Below the pieces are notes generated by a model, which saw nothing but the letters and a program-made list of their open reading frames with translations, was not told the origin of the DNA and made no database searches. This document shows, one piece after another, positions 1 through 13,839 of a DNA stretch of 64,000 bases (the stretch's first letter is position 1; every line of letters begins with the position of its first letter). Source of the stretch: the human T2T-CHM13v2.0 reference genome, Homo sapiens; the NCBI RefSeq assembly GCF_009914755.1, contig NC_060930.1, one strand, 5' to 3'. Made by a program: the position numbers and the translations under genes.

Positions 1-424
1 TGCTTCAACATCCCCACAAACAGGCTGTGAACACCCCCCCAGGTAACTAGGGGTACCTGTGTAATAATGCTTCTCCCTGCCACAAGTTTCCCTTCCTGCC
101 CTCTCCTGAATATGACCTCATGACATTCAAATGCACAGTAAAATCCCCTATTAACAGCATTTGCCAAGTGACCCTCTCCCTCTCCCCTTCCCTTTCTCTG
201 TCCCTCTCTCTCACTTCTCTACCTGCTTGGTTGAGCCCCATCCCTGGGAGCTCTGCCCGTATGTCCTCCTGCATGGTATGCAATACCTCCTGTTTCTAGA
301 ACCTGTGAATATAATACATTTTTAAATTTCATATGCCTTTCTGAGTGTAATTTCTGTGGTCGTGTTGGAATGATTCTTAAAGACCCCCATAAAGGGGGCT
401 GACTCCCCCATTTACAGAACAACA
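1..424 (+). mobile_element. 3' part of an old ERV-class LTR (family not resolved)
   Basis: Pyrimidine-rich R-like region, degenerate poly(A) signal near 308-318 and a U5-like end in ...AACA; cut by the window edge. Confidence 0.4.
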
Positions 425-599
425 ACCCCACTTCAATTAGAGGCTCCCCTCATTCTACACCAAGCCTATTTGATAAAATTAACTGGAAAATCCTAACTTA
501 AGTAGGGTAAAATTTTTGGTATTTTAACACACATAGTTTGTGATGAAAAAAACATAGTTCATATGTATGAACTAGCTAATAATAATACTTGTTACTATA

Positions 600-830
600 A
601 TAATTAATATTTATCAAGGGCTTGCTATGACTTTTTATATGTTATGCTTTCCTTGCAATATTTCATTTACTCTTCACACAAATATATAAGATAGATAGTA
701 ATATTATTTACATTTCACAGAAACTGAGGCCTAGAGATATTAACTAAGTTGCTTATATTCACAGTAAATGATAGTGCTAGAATTAGGATGTCAGCCTGTA
801 TAACTTTAAAAAAAGCACACTTTTAACTGT
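600..830 (-). mobile_element. MIR SINE
   Basis: Antisense MIR core ...tttcacagaaactgaggcctagagatattaactaagttgc. Confidence 0.75.
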
Positions 831-3399
831 GATGATTTATTGGCTGCTTGTCTCTGATATTTGGACTACCTGATAAAGTGAGGTTTACAGATAATAATGG
901 ATTCTGAAGACACTTGGAAGTACACATAATGAAATTTTTTTTCAGAATATTTCAAAGGATGAAATGGTTCCACCATTGTCTTCAGGAAACCTTAACACAT
1001 AGTTATTAGTTATTTGGTTCCTTATTTTAAAGAAAGAATCGATATATCTCATTTGAATGCCTGTGCGGTAGACTTTCCTTGATGACACCTTCAATGATGA
1101 CTTGAAAACATCAACAATCATTAATATCTAGAATCTACATGTCCTACATTAAAAAAAAATCAGAGTTGTGATGATAGAGTAAATATACAGGTAGTCAGAA
1201 TGCTTATTTGGTGCTTTAGGCAATTTGTATATATCTAACAGGAAAGCTGTTATGATAGTGTTTTACTAAATTTGAAAATGTTATAGGCAAGTTTGGGAGG
1301 TTATCACGCTCAGCTTCTTCATCTTGCCTGAGGCCATGTTATTTGTGCTTATATAGAACAAGGAACAGAATGGAGGAAGAATGGTTCCATTTGCTTGCTG
1401 GTTCACAATGGTGGGCATTTGATTTATTCAGTCTTTGTACTTTTATCAGAGCTCTGCCAACCATCTGTGTTTTAGAGGTGTTATAGTATCAGCCTGGGTC
1501 GCATTTTCTATCTTTTATAATCTGCCCAGCTCCTGAAAAATTATTGCTGTTTCCTTCTTCCTATAATCAAAATGTCAGTGTCTCCCACCAAATAGGTCTT
1601 GCTCCTTGACTATGAACATAGAGGCCCATAAAAAAGCTCATGTGAATCAAGTTTATAGGGACAAAGCAGTACCCTTATTTTACATAAAATTCAAGAGCCA
1701 TTTTTTAGATGAAAACAACCACTTTCAAAGAAAAGAGCAGCAAGTTTTACTCCATAAACAGATTACTTATCATAACTTCAGGTAGATAAAGAGTGATCAC
1801 TTTGTGTAAAGTCGGAAAATTTTTTCTATCATAAAGAGTATAAAGTTATAAACAATTATGTGCTAATCCTTCATGGCATTGGTAAATATAACCATCCAGC
1901 ATAAATGCCACTTTATTAATTCCTTTTGGACCCATCTCTGCTTCTGTTGTTTTTAATATTGTCTCATTTTCCTGTGAATGAAGTCAAAGCCAATTGAGAG
2001 AAACTAAACTGAGCTGTCTTCTCTGTTCTCCTGGCTGCAAGGATGCTTAGCTTGGATAGAGCTCTCACAGAAGGTAACGGCTTGGAAACATCTTGGCCAC
2101 CTTGAAAAAAGAGGATTTTGAGAAATTGGCAGTCACTATTCAAATATATTTAGGCACATGGAACCTAATTAGAATAATTGAAGTTAGACAAGTTAATAAA
2201 AAGATTGCATTCAGTCTGCTTGCTTTTCCAGTTATTAAATTTTAGTGTGTCTACTCTCACTCTGGTTCTAAGACAGGTTTTATTGTGTGTTTGTTTTTGT
2301 TTTTAGGGGATGAACAGCTTCTTTTTCTGTCACTGCCCATGAGATGTTCAAAATGTCCAAAATAAAATTATTCCTCACTTAATAAGAGGATATGAATATG
2401 CCTGGCCAGTATATCGAAGCTCTTGTCCACTGACATTACTGTGCTCTTATAAAATAGTTAAATGTTTGTTACGTTTTCAAGTTGGGGACTCATATGCAGA
2501 AAAAGTTTAAAAGTAGTAATAACCCAAGCATACCACTTGAAAATAATTAGTATTTTAACATTCTAAGCTGGATGTTATTTTCATTTTTTATCTCGTCTAA
2601 TAATTGCCAGGTACCTTATGGTATTTTAATGTTGATTTTTTATGCATAATGTGAATTTAATGCTCTGATGTGTCCATTTGCAATTATGTAAGTTGTTGAA
2701 GAGTAACATATTCAGGAGCTGACAGATGTACACAAATTCATACAGGACAATCCCAGTGCCTCTGAGAGTGAGAATTCTCATCATAAAAAATAAGGAAGAA
2801 CTTAGAAATAAAAGGACCGGATTCCCAGGAACTTAGCTGTCATGTAGTAAATGCCTCTCGTAAGGTGGTGGTTAATCTAGTCATCCTTCTTTTGATCCAG
2901 ACTAGGTAGCTACCTCACCCCCATTTCTAGAGTTTTGTGCATGTAGAACAGAGGCGCATGATCACCTGAACTTCCCAGTAACATGCCCGTGGCCCAACCC
3001 TCCCTCATGACCACATTTACATAAACACAGGCAATGACAATGCGGGCTTGTTGAAACTGAGAGAATAATTTACAAATTAATGAATTAGTCTATGTTTAAA
3101 CTTCCAACTAACAAGAAAATCATTTATTTACCTAACAGGCTGTAGTTCGATTACAGGCCATTATTGCCCCTTAAAAAATGAAACTGTGTTTGCATATCCA
3201 AACTAGGTTTGTATTTTATGTTCTATTTCACATCAAGGAAGCATTTTCCAAAGCTAACAACTCTCATTAACATATAAAGTAGAATTTGTATAAACCAGCA
3301 TTTAACATTTGGAATTTAAGTATAGAAAAACTCAAGTTTATTTTTGTTCTTTTTAATATGCAATCTGGCATATGGAATGAGACAATGAAAATAATAGAG

Positions 3400-3580
3400 A
3401 TTCTGGGTGCAAAGATCAAGATTCTTATGGTAATACTGTCACATTACAGGCTGTGTGATTGTGGGCAAATTGATCAGCCTCTCTGAACTATACATATAGT
3501 GCTATAAGCTAATACCAGAATTATTTGCTCTACAGAATTTCAGTGAGCATCAACAAAAGCTGTAAATACTTTGAGAACAA
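3400..3580 (+). mobile_element. MIR SINE (degenerate)
   Basis: gctgtgtgattgtgggcaaattgatcagcctctctgaac resembles the sense MIR core. Confidence 0.6.
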
Positions 3581-3799
3581 GGATAACAATTTACCCAGTC
3601 AATAATAACAAAGGATAAACATTCACTAAAAATAACAATCAAGTATTTGTAGCATAAATGAATAAATAAGTAAATTAATGAAATTAAAAAATGATCAAAT
3701 TTTTTAAAAATTTAATTCACCTTTTGTGTTTACCTTGTATTATGTATATATATCCTTGGTACCATAGTTACTTTAAAAAACTCTAAAATAGAAAATTGG

Positions 3800-3975
3800 T
3801 CAACTAGTGTATATTTTGTCTATGCACAGAATCACTGAGGAGATTTACTAAAAGTATAGAATTCCCATCCTATGCCTATAAAATCTTTTAATGAGTCCAG
3901 GATGGCTCTTTGGAATCTGTCTTTAGCCAGTGCCTTAGTTGATTTTTATACAGTAGTATTAGTTTAAAAACCAGC
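3800..3975. mobile_element. MER5A-like hAT-Charlie MITE
   Basis: agaatcactgaggagatttactaaaa...ggaatctgtctttagccagtgccttagttgatt...agtttaaaaaccag follows the MER5A layout. Confidence 0.6.
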
Positions 3976-4039
3976 ATGGGGAACTACTCTCAGATTTCTC
4001 TTGAGTTCCTTAAAATCACATATTACACTTTAACACACA

Positions 4040-4312
4040 CATATATGGTGTTTATTATGGGCCACGCACTGTTCTAATGCTTTAAATACATTAACTCATT
4101 AAAGCGCTACAGCAGTGCCTTAAATGGTATACTTCACTCATAGTGAAGTAGGTGCCAATATCATCATCTGCATTTTACATATGAAGAAATTGCAGCTCAG
4201 GAGAATCACACGCCATGCCTGAGGTCACACAGCTAGAAGGTAGCAGAGCAGGCATCAAACCCAGTCATTCTGACTCCAGAGTCCCTGCTCTTTAGACCTT
4301 TATACTATGCTA
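4040..4312 (-). mobile_element. MIRb-like SINE, near full length
   Basis: cattttacatatgaagaaattgcagctcag...gaggtcacacagctag...ctgactccagagtccctgctctt. Confidence 0.85.
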
Positions 4313-5033
4313 TTTCTCTTATATTTCTGCCTTGCAATTTTCTTGAACAGTTTGTAAAAATTCTTTGACTAATTTGAATGAACTTAGAATAAATTATTTT
4401 GAATTGTGCAACTTTTGTTGAGCTCCTCCAGGTAATCAGTATTACTCTAATTTCAAAGTATACAAAGATTAAATAAGGCTGTACCTTTCACTCCAAGGAT
4501 ATTACAAGTTAATAAATGTTCCAAACATGAGAGCTATGCCACCACTAACTTAGGACCATGAGATCCTAGCTTGTTTATTCCAGGAAGCCAAAACTGAGAT
4601 GAGGCTTTGCATACAAGAAGTTTATTTTGGGCAGTGACCCCAGAGAATAGTGAGAAACTGAGACAAGTGTAACAGAAATGGAATGACAGAAAAAACAAGG
4701 ATATGCTACTGAGCTGGTTACCATTGTGGACAACTGAGCCTCCATCCTACTGTGTTGCTCATAGTAGCAGTGTGGAAAACGCCCTTGAAGGTGGGCAGAG
4801 GAGAAAATTAAATGCATTGGCTCTGTCCCCATTGGTTAAGGATTGTCTCAAGGGATGTTAATGTCCTCTCACTTCCAAGTTTGTGTGTGCATCAAATTGG
4901 CTAAATGGATCCGGCTGCAATGGGTAGCAGCACCTAAGTTCCAAAGTCTTAGGACTAAAAACAAATGTGTGCTACAGCTGTATGCAACTGGCTGCCACAG
5001 CAACAACCAGAGTATAAAAGGTGGGCCCTAGAA

Positions 5034-5481
<448 letters not shown>

Positions 5482-5544
5482 CCCAGAGGATATAAACTGG
5501 GGCTCCAAAAGTGTCTGATATTCATAGCCTGCAGGTCCACTGGT

Positions 5545-6034
5545 GACCCGACTCCTCCATCCTTCTCTAGGCTCTTTTATTGCCCTTTCTCATGTACTAA
5601 CTGTGCTTCAACCACACTGGCTTTTCTCAGGTCTCATAACCAGGCCAGTTCTTCCCCTGCTCAGGGTCTTTTCCTAGACTGTTTTCCCTGCCTGTGGTGT
5701 TCTCTCTTTGCCCTTCATATGCCTGACTCTTTTTCATCCTTTGAGTCTCAGCTTAAATAACATCTGCTTATTGAGGCCCTCCCTGTACAAGATTGTAAAT
5801 TAGGATCTGCACTGTTATTCTCTACCTTTGCCATTGGTTTTAATTTTTTCCTTGGTAGCACAATTTATAATGTTGTACATTTTGTTTTTTTACCTGACTA
5901 TTATCTATATCTCATGCTAGATTATAAACTCTTCATACAGGTAAGAACTGCACAAGAGGGTTCACAATTGCATCCCTGGAGTCTACCCCAGTGTTTCACA
6001 TCTGACAGAACACAATATGCATTTGAATGAATGA
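5545..6034 (+). mobile_element. L2 LINE 3' end
   Basis: ccacactggctttt...gtctcagcttaaataacatc...ctagattataaactc, ending in the tgaatgaatga tail. Confidence 0.8.
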
Positions 6035-6084
6035 CCAAAAAGTTGGAAAGAAGACAGGATTTGAACTAAACATATGTATTAAAG

Positions 6085-6195
6085 CTTTGGTTCTAATCAG
6101 TAATCCACACTAATCTCATATCATCTCAGCTTTTCCTATCTATAAAATGGAGATAATATGATATACTTCCTGGAATGATTGTGAACATGAATGTG
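6085..6195 (+). mobile_element. MIR fragment
   Basis: tctcagcttttcctatctataaaatggagataat core. Confidence 0.65.
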
Positions 6196-6809
6196 TTTTA
6201 GAACTCCATGCTCCCTGGAGTTGTCTTTAGCTTGGATAATCTTAGGATATTTTAGGGGCTGTAGGATATTTGCTAACAACATAAGACTAGGCAATATGTT
6301 TCAGGCAAAGTTTAAATGAGTAATTTTGACAAAAAAATATGGGTTACAGTGCCCTTTTTTGACCCATTTTCCAAAAGCTATTTTCCTATCAGTTCTGTAC
6401 TATTGTAACACCTTACCCCCATCATAAAAGCTGAAATGGTATGATAAGAAACAGAAGTGAGCCTATAAATAGAAAATTTTCACCCAATTTGTAGGTCTTA
6501 CCTGGTGATGTTGCCTTTGTGTGGGCTCTTGGTATATTTTGTTATGTCATAAAATACATACCTATTTCCACTGGGAGAGTCTTCAGTTGGAGCTCCTGTT
6601 ATCTTGGCATCAGGAAAATTTCCTAGAACCGTGTGTTTGCCCCAATGTTTATATCAATAAATTAGACTTCTACATTATAAGGTGAGACACCCCTGCTATA
6701 ATATTTAACACAAGTCAAATCACAGAGGAAAGGGTTTAGATTTTATGACATACCCTGTTCAGCCTCTGATTTCAGATTTCTGTTGTTATAAAGTGGACCC
6801 TTTAGTCCA

Positions 6810-7120
6810 CTTATGTTGAGATTGAGTATGACTGGCTCATGAGAGGTACTGAAATAATTTAAAATATTATTACATACATAAATAGAAACAGTATTTGAAG
6901 ATAGGTAGAAACTACAATGAGTGCACAAAGAAGGGAGTAGTGATCAGTTCCATTCTAAGCATGTGAGAGTATCAGAAAAGTTGCATGGAAGAGGAGGTGT
7001 GGAAACTGGCCTTCAAAAATATCTAAGAGTTTGCCAGTTTGAGAAGAAATTAAAGACATTTCAGGCTGAGGAAACAGTAAAGAGCATGTGGGCAGATGGT
7101 GCATTCAGGGATAACTTCAA
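6810..7120 (-). mobile_element. L2 fragment
   Basis: Purine-rich antisense L2 pattern ggaggtgtggaaactggccttcaa...catttcaggctgaggaaacag. Confidence 0.6.
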
Positions 7121-8122
7121 TTCATGTGTACAACGAGTCAATGTTAGAATAATAATAAGACAAAGAATGACTAAAAAATCTTTGCCTCTGCCTTAGTGGA
7201 GCTCATAGCCCAAGTGGTGGCTGCACAGGCATTTGCTTTGTGTGTCAGTTTAAAAGTGTTCCTGCCAGGGGGACAGACACTCACATGGAGATTGGAAATA
7301 AAGACATCAGTTGGGTGGTTCTTAGGGTGGTACAGGCAAAAGGATTTAAGGATTTGGAACAGAGGATTTTTTTTTTGAGACATCATCACTCAATCCCCAC
7401 TATTGTCTGTTTTTTTTTTAATGAATTTAAGACCATTGGCCTATATTTTCATACTTGTTCTTTTGTGAAATGGAAATGGGAGAAAATATGCATACACACA
7501 CAAACACACAGTCACAAGATGCAATCTGTGCCCTCAAAATTTTCACATTTTCCCACATGAAATTAATAACTTTATATCATCTGTCATTGTGAAAACATTT
7601 AAATATGAATTCAAAAGTTTACAAATTAACCTGAGGCTAGTACTGATCAGAAAGTTCATAATGATAATTGATTCAATTCTGAATAAACTCTTTGATAAAC
7701 AAGAATAAAAACTATTGGACCATACTTTTTATGCCTCACTTTCCCCGGGCTTTTGAAGAGTTATGCTCACACATAGCAATCTAAACTAGAATACTTTGCC
7801 AGATAAGAACTTAATGTAAATATGAAGTGTTCTCTGAAATAGCAATTTACTTAAAAGTTAGTTGTATTTTGATTTACTATTTTTATCATAGACTTTTAAA
7901 ATTAATATTTCACCACAAGATCAATAGAGAAGGGAGAAGAGAAAAGGAGAGATGTTTTCTAAATTGTCCACATATGAATATTAAAACATAACTTTTTAGG
8001 ACAAACAATTCAAACCCCTATCTGCATTTGCTGACAATGGCTAATGCCTTGACTATGTTGGCTTATCTTCAAATTCAAGTACCATACATGATGCAACCAG
8101 GGCTTATTTGGTACATGGACTA

Positions 8123-8285
8123 GTTAATTCACAGCAACTCTATGAAGCAGCTGTTGTCACTCCTGTTTTGCAGAAAAGAAGACTAACTCTGAAAGATTTA
8201 AAACTTTCTTGAAATTGTATAAAAGATATCAGAGTGAAAATTTGAAATATGTGCTCTATGTCTAGTGCTCTTCCACCGTATCACC
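8123..8285 (-). mobile_element. MIR fragment
   Basis: cacagcaactctatgaagcag...cctgttttgcagaaaagaagactaactctg...tctagtgctcttccac. Confidence 0.6.
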
Positions 8286-10076
8286 CTGACCTTTCAAATC
8301 AAGGTCATTAGTCACTACTACTTTCTCTATAAACCTTCTCTATAAACTCAACATGCCAGAAATATTAGTGGGTTGAAAAATAATCAGGTAGACAATCAAA
8401 AGAAAATGAAAACATTTCAAAATAGTTTTCTGTAAGAACTTAGACCTTACATTAAAAATGAATAATTAATCAATAAATAAAAGTATTAGTTTTAACTAAC
8501 TTGACTATAGCTATAAGTTTAATAGATTTAACCTGTTAACATTATTTAGAGAACATTTCATCTGTTTATCCTCAGACCATCTGCTGGAAAAAAGCTGTTA
8601 GCATTAGTTTGAATCTCATGATGAGAAAACAGATATTTGTATAGCACATATTACAAGAAGGAGCAGTGTTGTGATTTCAGTCACAGCCACAGGAATATGC
8701 TACCTGATGAACTGTATCTTGTCTCTCTGGAAATTACTTCAGTCTTCACTTCTGTCCATCTGGAATCTTTCATGAATAATATGTTTAATTACATGACATT
8801 AAATACAAATAAAATTCTTCTTACTTGTCATGCAGGCTATTTCTGTCATTTAAGATTTTTCATTTAGGTAATTTATCAGTGACTATAAAACTAATTATTA
8901 ACATATTTTTCTTATGCTATGGTTGTTATTGATAGCTTTTCTCCTTCACATACTGATCCAGTATAGAATTATGGTCATCTATTAAAATAATGTAGTCTTT
9001 CTGTGTTTTTATTACTTAGCTGAACATATCTACTCTATGTATGTGTATGTATAGATATGTTTTTTTCCTGATGCATGTTCTGTTGCTTAAATAATCACTT
9101 TAAATCAAATAATTTGGTTCTCTACAAACTGCTTGCTACAACTGCCTGAATATAACAGGTTTCTCATAGTAAGTAAAGAAAGTAGAGTTCTTTCCTGTTT
9201 CAATATTTCTCTATCAATACAATTGTTGGTATTTTATTTACAGGATAGGATAGAACTTTCCTCTCTTATTTACTTCCTGTCTCTACCTCATTATTGATAT
9301 AAACACAGTTTCCACATTTTCATTTATTAACATTAAACTACCTAAGAGTAAAGGCCAAATGATGCTTTGTAGATGGCTAACTCTTTCGTCTCCAAATTCA
9401 TAGAATATTGTTGACCCAGGTCCTGAGTCAGCAGGGCATACAGCAGTATTTGCAAATACGTTAAGCATTTTTTTTCATTTCAATAAATATCTGGTGAATT
9501 TTTACCCTTAGGATTAATATACACTGTTTTTCTAAGTTTCAGGAAAGTTGAAGTCAGCCTCTCAGAGCCTGTGGATCATCATATTTATTGTTTTAGAAAT
9601 CACTTAGATGCTCAACTGTGCAATAGAGCAGAATTAATTCACCTAGAAACAGAAAGAAACTGAGCAGTGTTGCAGATAATCTTGTGATTTCCATAGGCAC
9701 AGAGTGTTAAACATGACCCTGAAGAGACTTACACTGTGTCTCATTATGGTTTGGAAAGATGTTTGGATTCATACAGATGAGACCTTTAGGGATGCAGTAA
9801 TAATGCCCTACAGATAGATTCACTGTCCATAACTTTTCAGTTTATGTCTTGGTTAGCTTTCAGTTCATAACCAGAAACTTTTGTGTTTAGGTACAGCAAT
9901 TTGGACTCACTATTTTTCTCTAATAATTAGGAGACTACAGTTATCAGTTATTAGTTCATAAACCAATAAAATTAGGCACCTATTAAAAAGATAGGTCATT
10001 AGAAAATTTATTTTATTAATCTGATATCAGAGGTGATATAAAACTTGAAATACTGATTGATATTACTTGTGATTAT

Positions 10077-10110
10077 AAATTATTTAAAATGGAAAATTAT
10101 TTAAAATGGA
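10077..10110. repeat. Perfect 17-bp tandem duplication
   Basis: aaattatttaaaatgga x2. Confidence 0.9.
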
Positions 10111-11649
10111 AGTGTAGTTGAAAGTTTTCTGAAATATCTGAATAATAGTGTCATGAAATGACTTTAAAATAATTGTTTAATGATAAAAATGAATAGCTGT
10201 TCAATTTTTTAAAAACAAATTCTCCATGCATTGAATCAAGAGTTAAACTCCATTAAAATATTTCACATTATCTGTAGGGAAAATACTCTACATGTAGACC
10301 TCTTGGGCTTTATATGCACATAGACTGGCTTAGAGTGTAATATAATTTTATTTGCATTAATAATACTGAACAAAAATACAAAGGCAAAAATGATCAGGTC
10401 TCTCTACCTTGAAAGAGCATTTGGAATGTTGAATGTGAAGAGGCATTTGTCCCTGAAAAGTTTATATTATCACACCAATATACACTTCTGATTTTTTATT
10501 ACATGTATACACTAAGATGTTATAAAAGTCAAGAGTTCCTGAAAATCCTTTTTTCAAAGCAAAGTCAGTAACTAAATCTGTGTGCATTTCTGACTAGATT
10601 ATTTTGATTGATTTAGGAGTGTCTTACATAAATGCTCAATAAATATTTGTTGAATAAGTGAACAAGTTGTCAGAAAAAAAAATCACTGGAAATTAATTAC
10701 TTAAAATACATTGACCATACCAGGTCAAGATTCCCCTTATTTACATTGTCCATTGTTGTCACAATGCCAGGGTATCAACATGGAAAGATTAAATCCACAA
10801 TTTTGCCAGATTATCTATCTATGTATCCCTGTTATAATATACTTTAAAATCTCTGTAGGTTTGATGACACATCACTTTTATTCTGAATTCTAAGCAGTTT
10901 TAAAATCAGCTGAATTAGGCTTCATTTAATATACAGTTATTTACCTTATCTTAATACAAATTGTTTTCTTCAGGAATTTACATACAGATTTTAATGAAAC
11001 TATAGTTTTATGTGCAACATGAGATATTATAAATTTTTGTTATTTATTATTATTAGTCCCTAAGTATTCAAACTCATGATTTAATAATCTTTTCCACTAT
11101 CGAGTTTCTCTACTGTTTAACAAGCTCACCCAGCCAAAATTACCCATATGACTGGCTTATGCATCTACTTAGCTATGAATGACAGCTCTATTCTGCATAG
11201 GAGTTCTTTCCTCCTTGTTCCATTTCACTTCCTCCTTTCCTAGCCACCTGGGCTGAATTTCTGTTGACATCAGCTACAGCAGCTTCATGAGTGTTTTATT
11301 CTCCCTTCCTACCCTTCACTCACCCCTCTTCCATGTTTTGTACAGGCAGCCTTGGTTTTTCTAGATTGCAGTTATCTATCTGACTATACTATCATTGCAG
11401 AAACCCTCTCTGAGCTCTTTTATATTTACCACTCTCTCTAATCATCTCCTTCATAGAATGACTGAACCCTGTCCTTCTTCCTCAGTAGCTGAAAGAACTA
11501 GCTGAGATGTCGCATTATGACAATGACCTGCAACTCTGCTTATGTGGAAGGCTGGCATAAAGAAAATAGAGAGCAGTTGTTAAATACACAGTACAGCACC
11601 AAGTGAGTGACAATCTCCTAATACTAACAAGGATAATACAAAAGAGGAG

Positions 11650-11830
11650 TCAAGCTACCCAGGTCTGAATCCTAGCTCTGACTTTTTTCCTAGTGGTATG
11701 ACTCCAGACAAATGACTGAACCTTCCTGAGCCTCAATTTCTTAGCTATAAAATAACACTACTATTTCCTACCTTTAAAAATTGTGGCTAAGATTAAAAGA
11801 AATACCTCTGTGCCTAACATGTAGTCAAAT
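11650..11830 (+). mobile_element. MIR SINE
   Basis: ggtctgaatcctagctctgac...gaaccttcctgagcctcaatttcttagctataaaat. Confidence 0.8.
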
Positions 11831-12329
11831 GAAGGGAAACAGACTTGCTGAAAAAAAATTATTATTCGCCCAGACAAAAGCATACACAAATGAATACAAT
11901 TAATTATCGTTCTTGAAATGGAAAAAAATAATGAGTCATAGCACAACCCGTTCAAAGGTCCTTGTGAAAACAGCTGTAATTGAAGTCATTGGATAGCTCC
12001 TTATTTGTCATGTCAAGACTTTTTTAAAAAGAGTAATATTTTCATTTGAAGAAAGATTGCACATTTAAATCACACAATCAGAATACCACTGCCCGCTTGT
12101 AAATTATCTAGTAATGATTTATCCTTCTTTTTTCCGCATTAATACTTGTCAAAAAGTATTCATACCAATTTTTATTCTCACAACCTGATTGTTTGCCCCA
12201 ACTGCCTTCCAACCTGTGGTAGCACAGTGGATTGATTCACTCAACTTTATTCCCACTCCTTGCAGCATAATTTTATACAGGCCAAAGGCTAAAGCAATAC
12301 TCTTTTATAGCTTGGCTTCTGAACATAAT

Positions 12330-12790
12330 CGAGCTTTCACTGAACAGGGGACTTGGGAAAAATGTGAAAGGGAGACATCAGTGTCACAGGACAGCAGGCA
12401 TGCTTCTGCTGCATTTGCTGTTTCCGCTGACAAGTGCCTTTGTGGAGGTTTTGGGTAGCAGCCATAGCAGAGGTTCAAGTGCTCATCCTCTAAACCCATG
12501 GGTGTCAAGGTGTGGAAACCTGGGCATCTATTCTGCTGGCTCAGATCACACAGTACAAGGCGTTGTCCTGGCAGTCGTTGTGCTGGTCCCTCAAGAACCC
12601 CCAGTATCCAGATAATGCCAGAGACAGCAGTTCTTCTGTAGACTTTGTATGAGTGCTCTAGGAATGGTTCCTTGAAGCTCAGTTTAGAATCTGTCCCCCC
12701 CAGCTTTTCCAGCTATTTTGTAACTGAAATCTGACTAATATTCTTTTAAAAATCAAAATCATTCAAGGATGGTATTACTTTGTCCCCTAA
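12330..12790 (+). mobile_element. Old ERVL LTR (LTR40/LTR41-like)
   Basis: ggttccttgaagctcagtttagaatctgtccccccagcttttccagctattttgtaac resembles the 3' region of this LTR group. Confidence 0.45.
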
Positions 12791-13006
12791 AACTTTTGTA
12801 AATGTTTGAATATGTTAGAAATTGTATGGGCAAGTTTTTTTTTTTTTAAATACAGATTTAGCTGGCTTAATTTTTGATTGACAAATTTTATTTTCAGAAT
12901 AATTCTTTCCATATAGCATACTTCTCTTTTGATAATGAATGTTGACATATTATGTGGATAGTGAACAATTTTGAAGAAACATATTTTTGATACAAAATAT
13001 ATATAT

Positions 13007-13556
13007 TTTTAAAAATTCAGCTTTTATTTTAGATTCAAGGCATGCATATACAGGTTTGTTTTGTGACATGGGTATATTGCATGATGCTGAGGTTTGGAGT
13101 AAGATTGATCCCATCACCCAGGTAGTGAGAATAGTACCCAATAGGAATTTTTTTAGCCTTTGCTCCCTGAGTTTTGTACATTGTTTTTGTATCCTGAAAC
13201 TTTACTGGAGTTATTTGTTGATACTGGGAGCTTTTTAGCGGAATCTTTAGGGTTTTCAAGGTATAGAATCATATGAGCAAAGAGATAATTTGACTTCGTT
13301 TCCTATTGAGATGCTTTTTATTTCTTTATCTTGCCTGATTGCTCTGGATAGGACTTCCAGTATTATGTTGAATAGGACTGGTGAGAGTGGGCATCCTTTT
13401 CTTTTTCCAGTTCTCAAGGGGAATGTTTCCAGCTTTTGCCCATTCAGTATGATGTTGGCTGTGCATTTGTGACAGATGGTGCTTATTATTTGGAAGTATG
13501 TTCCTTTGATGTCTAGTTTGTTGATGGTTTTTATTATGAAGGGGTATTGAATTTTG
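13007..13556 (-). mobile_element. L1PA (old primate, ~PA13-16) fragment: 3' UTR joined directly to an ORF2 RT piece
   Basis: 13007-13168 is the antisense L1PA 3' end (gatcccatcacccaggtagtgagaatagtacccaatagg). 13169-13556 encodes RT-like [37 protein letters not shown]. Confidence 0.92.
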
Positions 13557-13839
13557 AAAATCTTAGTTTTCACAAATAGAATTTTTTCTCTATTTCTTCA
13601 GTTATAATCAGTCAGTATATATCTGCATATATGCTGATTATAATTGCAGTATATATATGCATGTATACTGTATAAAATATTGCATATACTGTATTTATAT
13701 ACTACAAATATATTGCTTTGGTTTATATCTTTGCTATAAGAATTTAAAAAAATTAAAAATGGCTAACATAGACAAAGTAAATATTATAAAATGTCAGGAT
13801 TGAAACGGATAGCCAGGAGGTAGTTTATCAACAAAGTTT

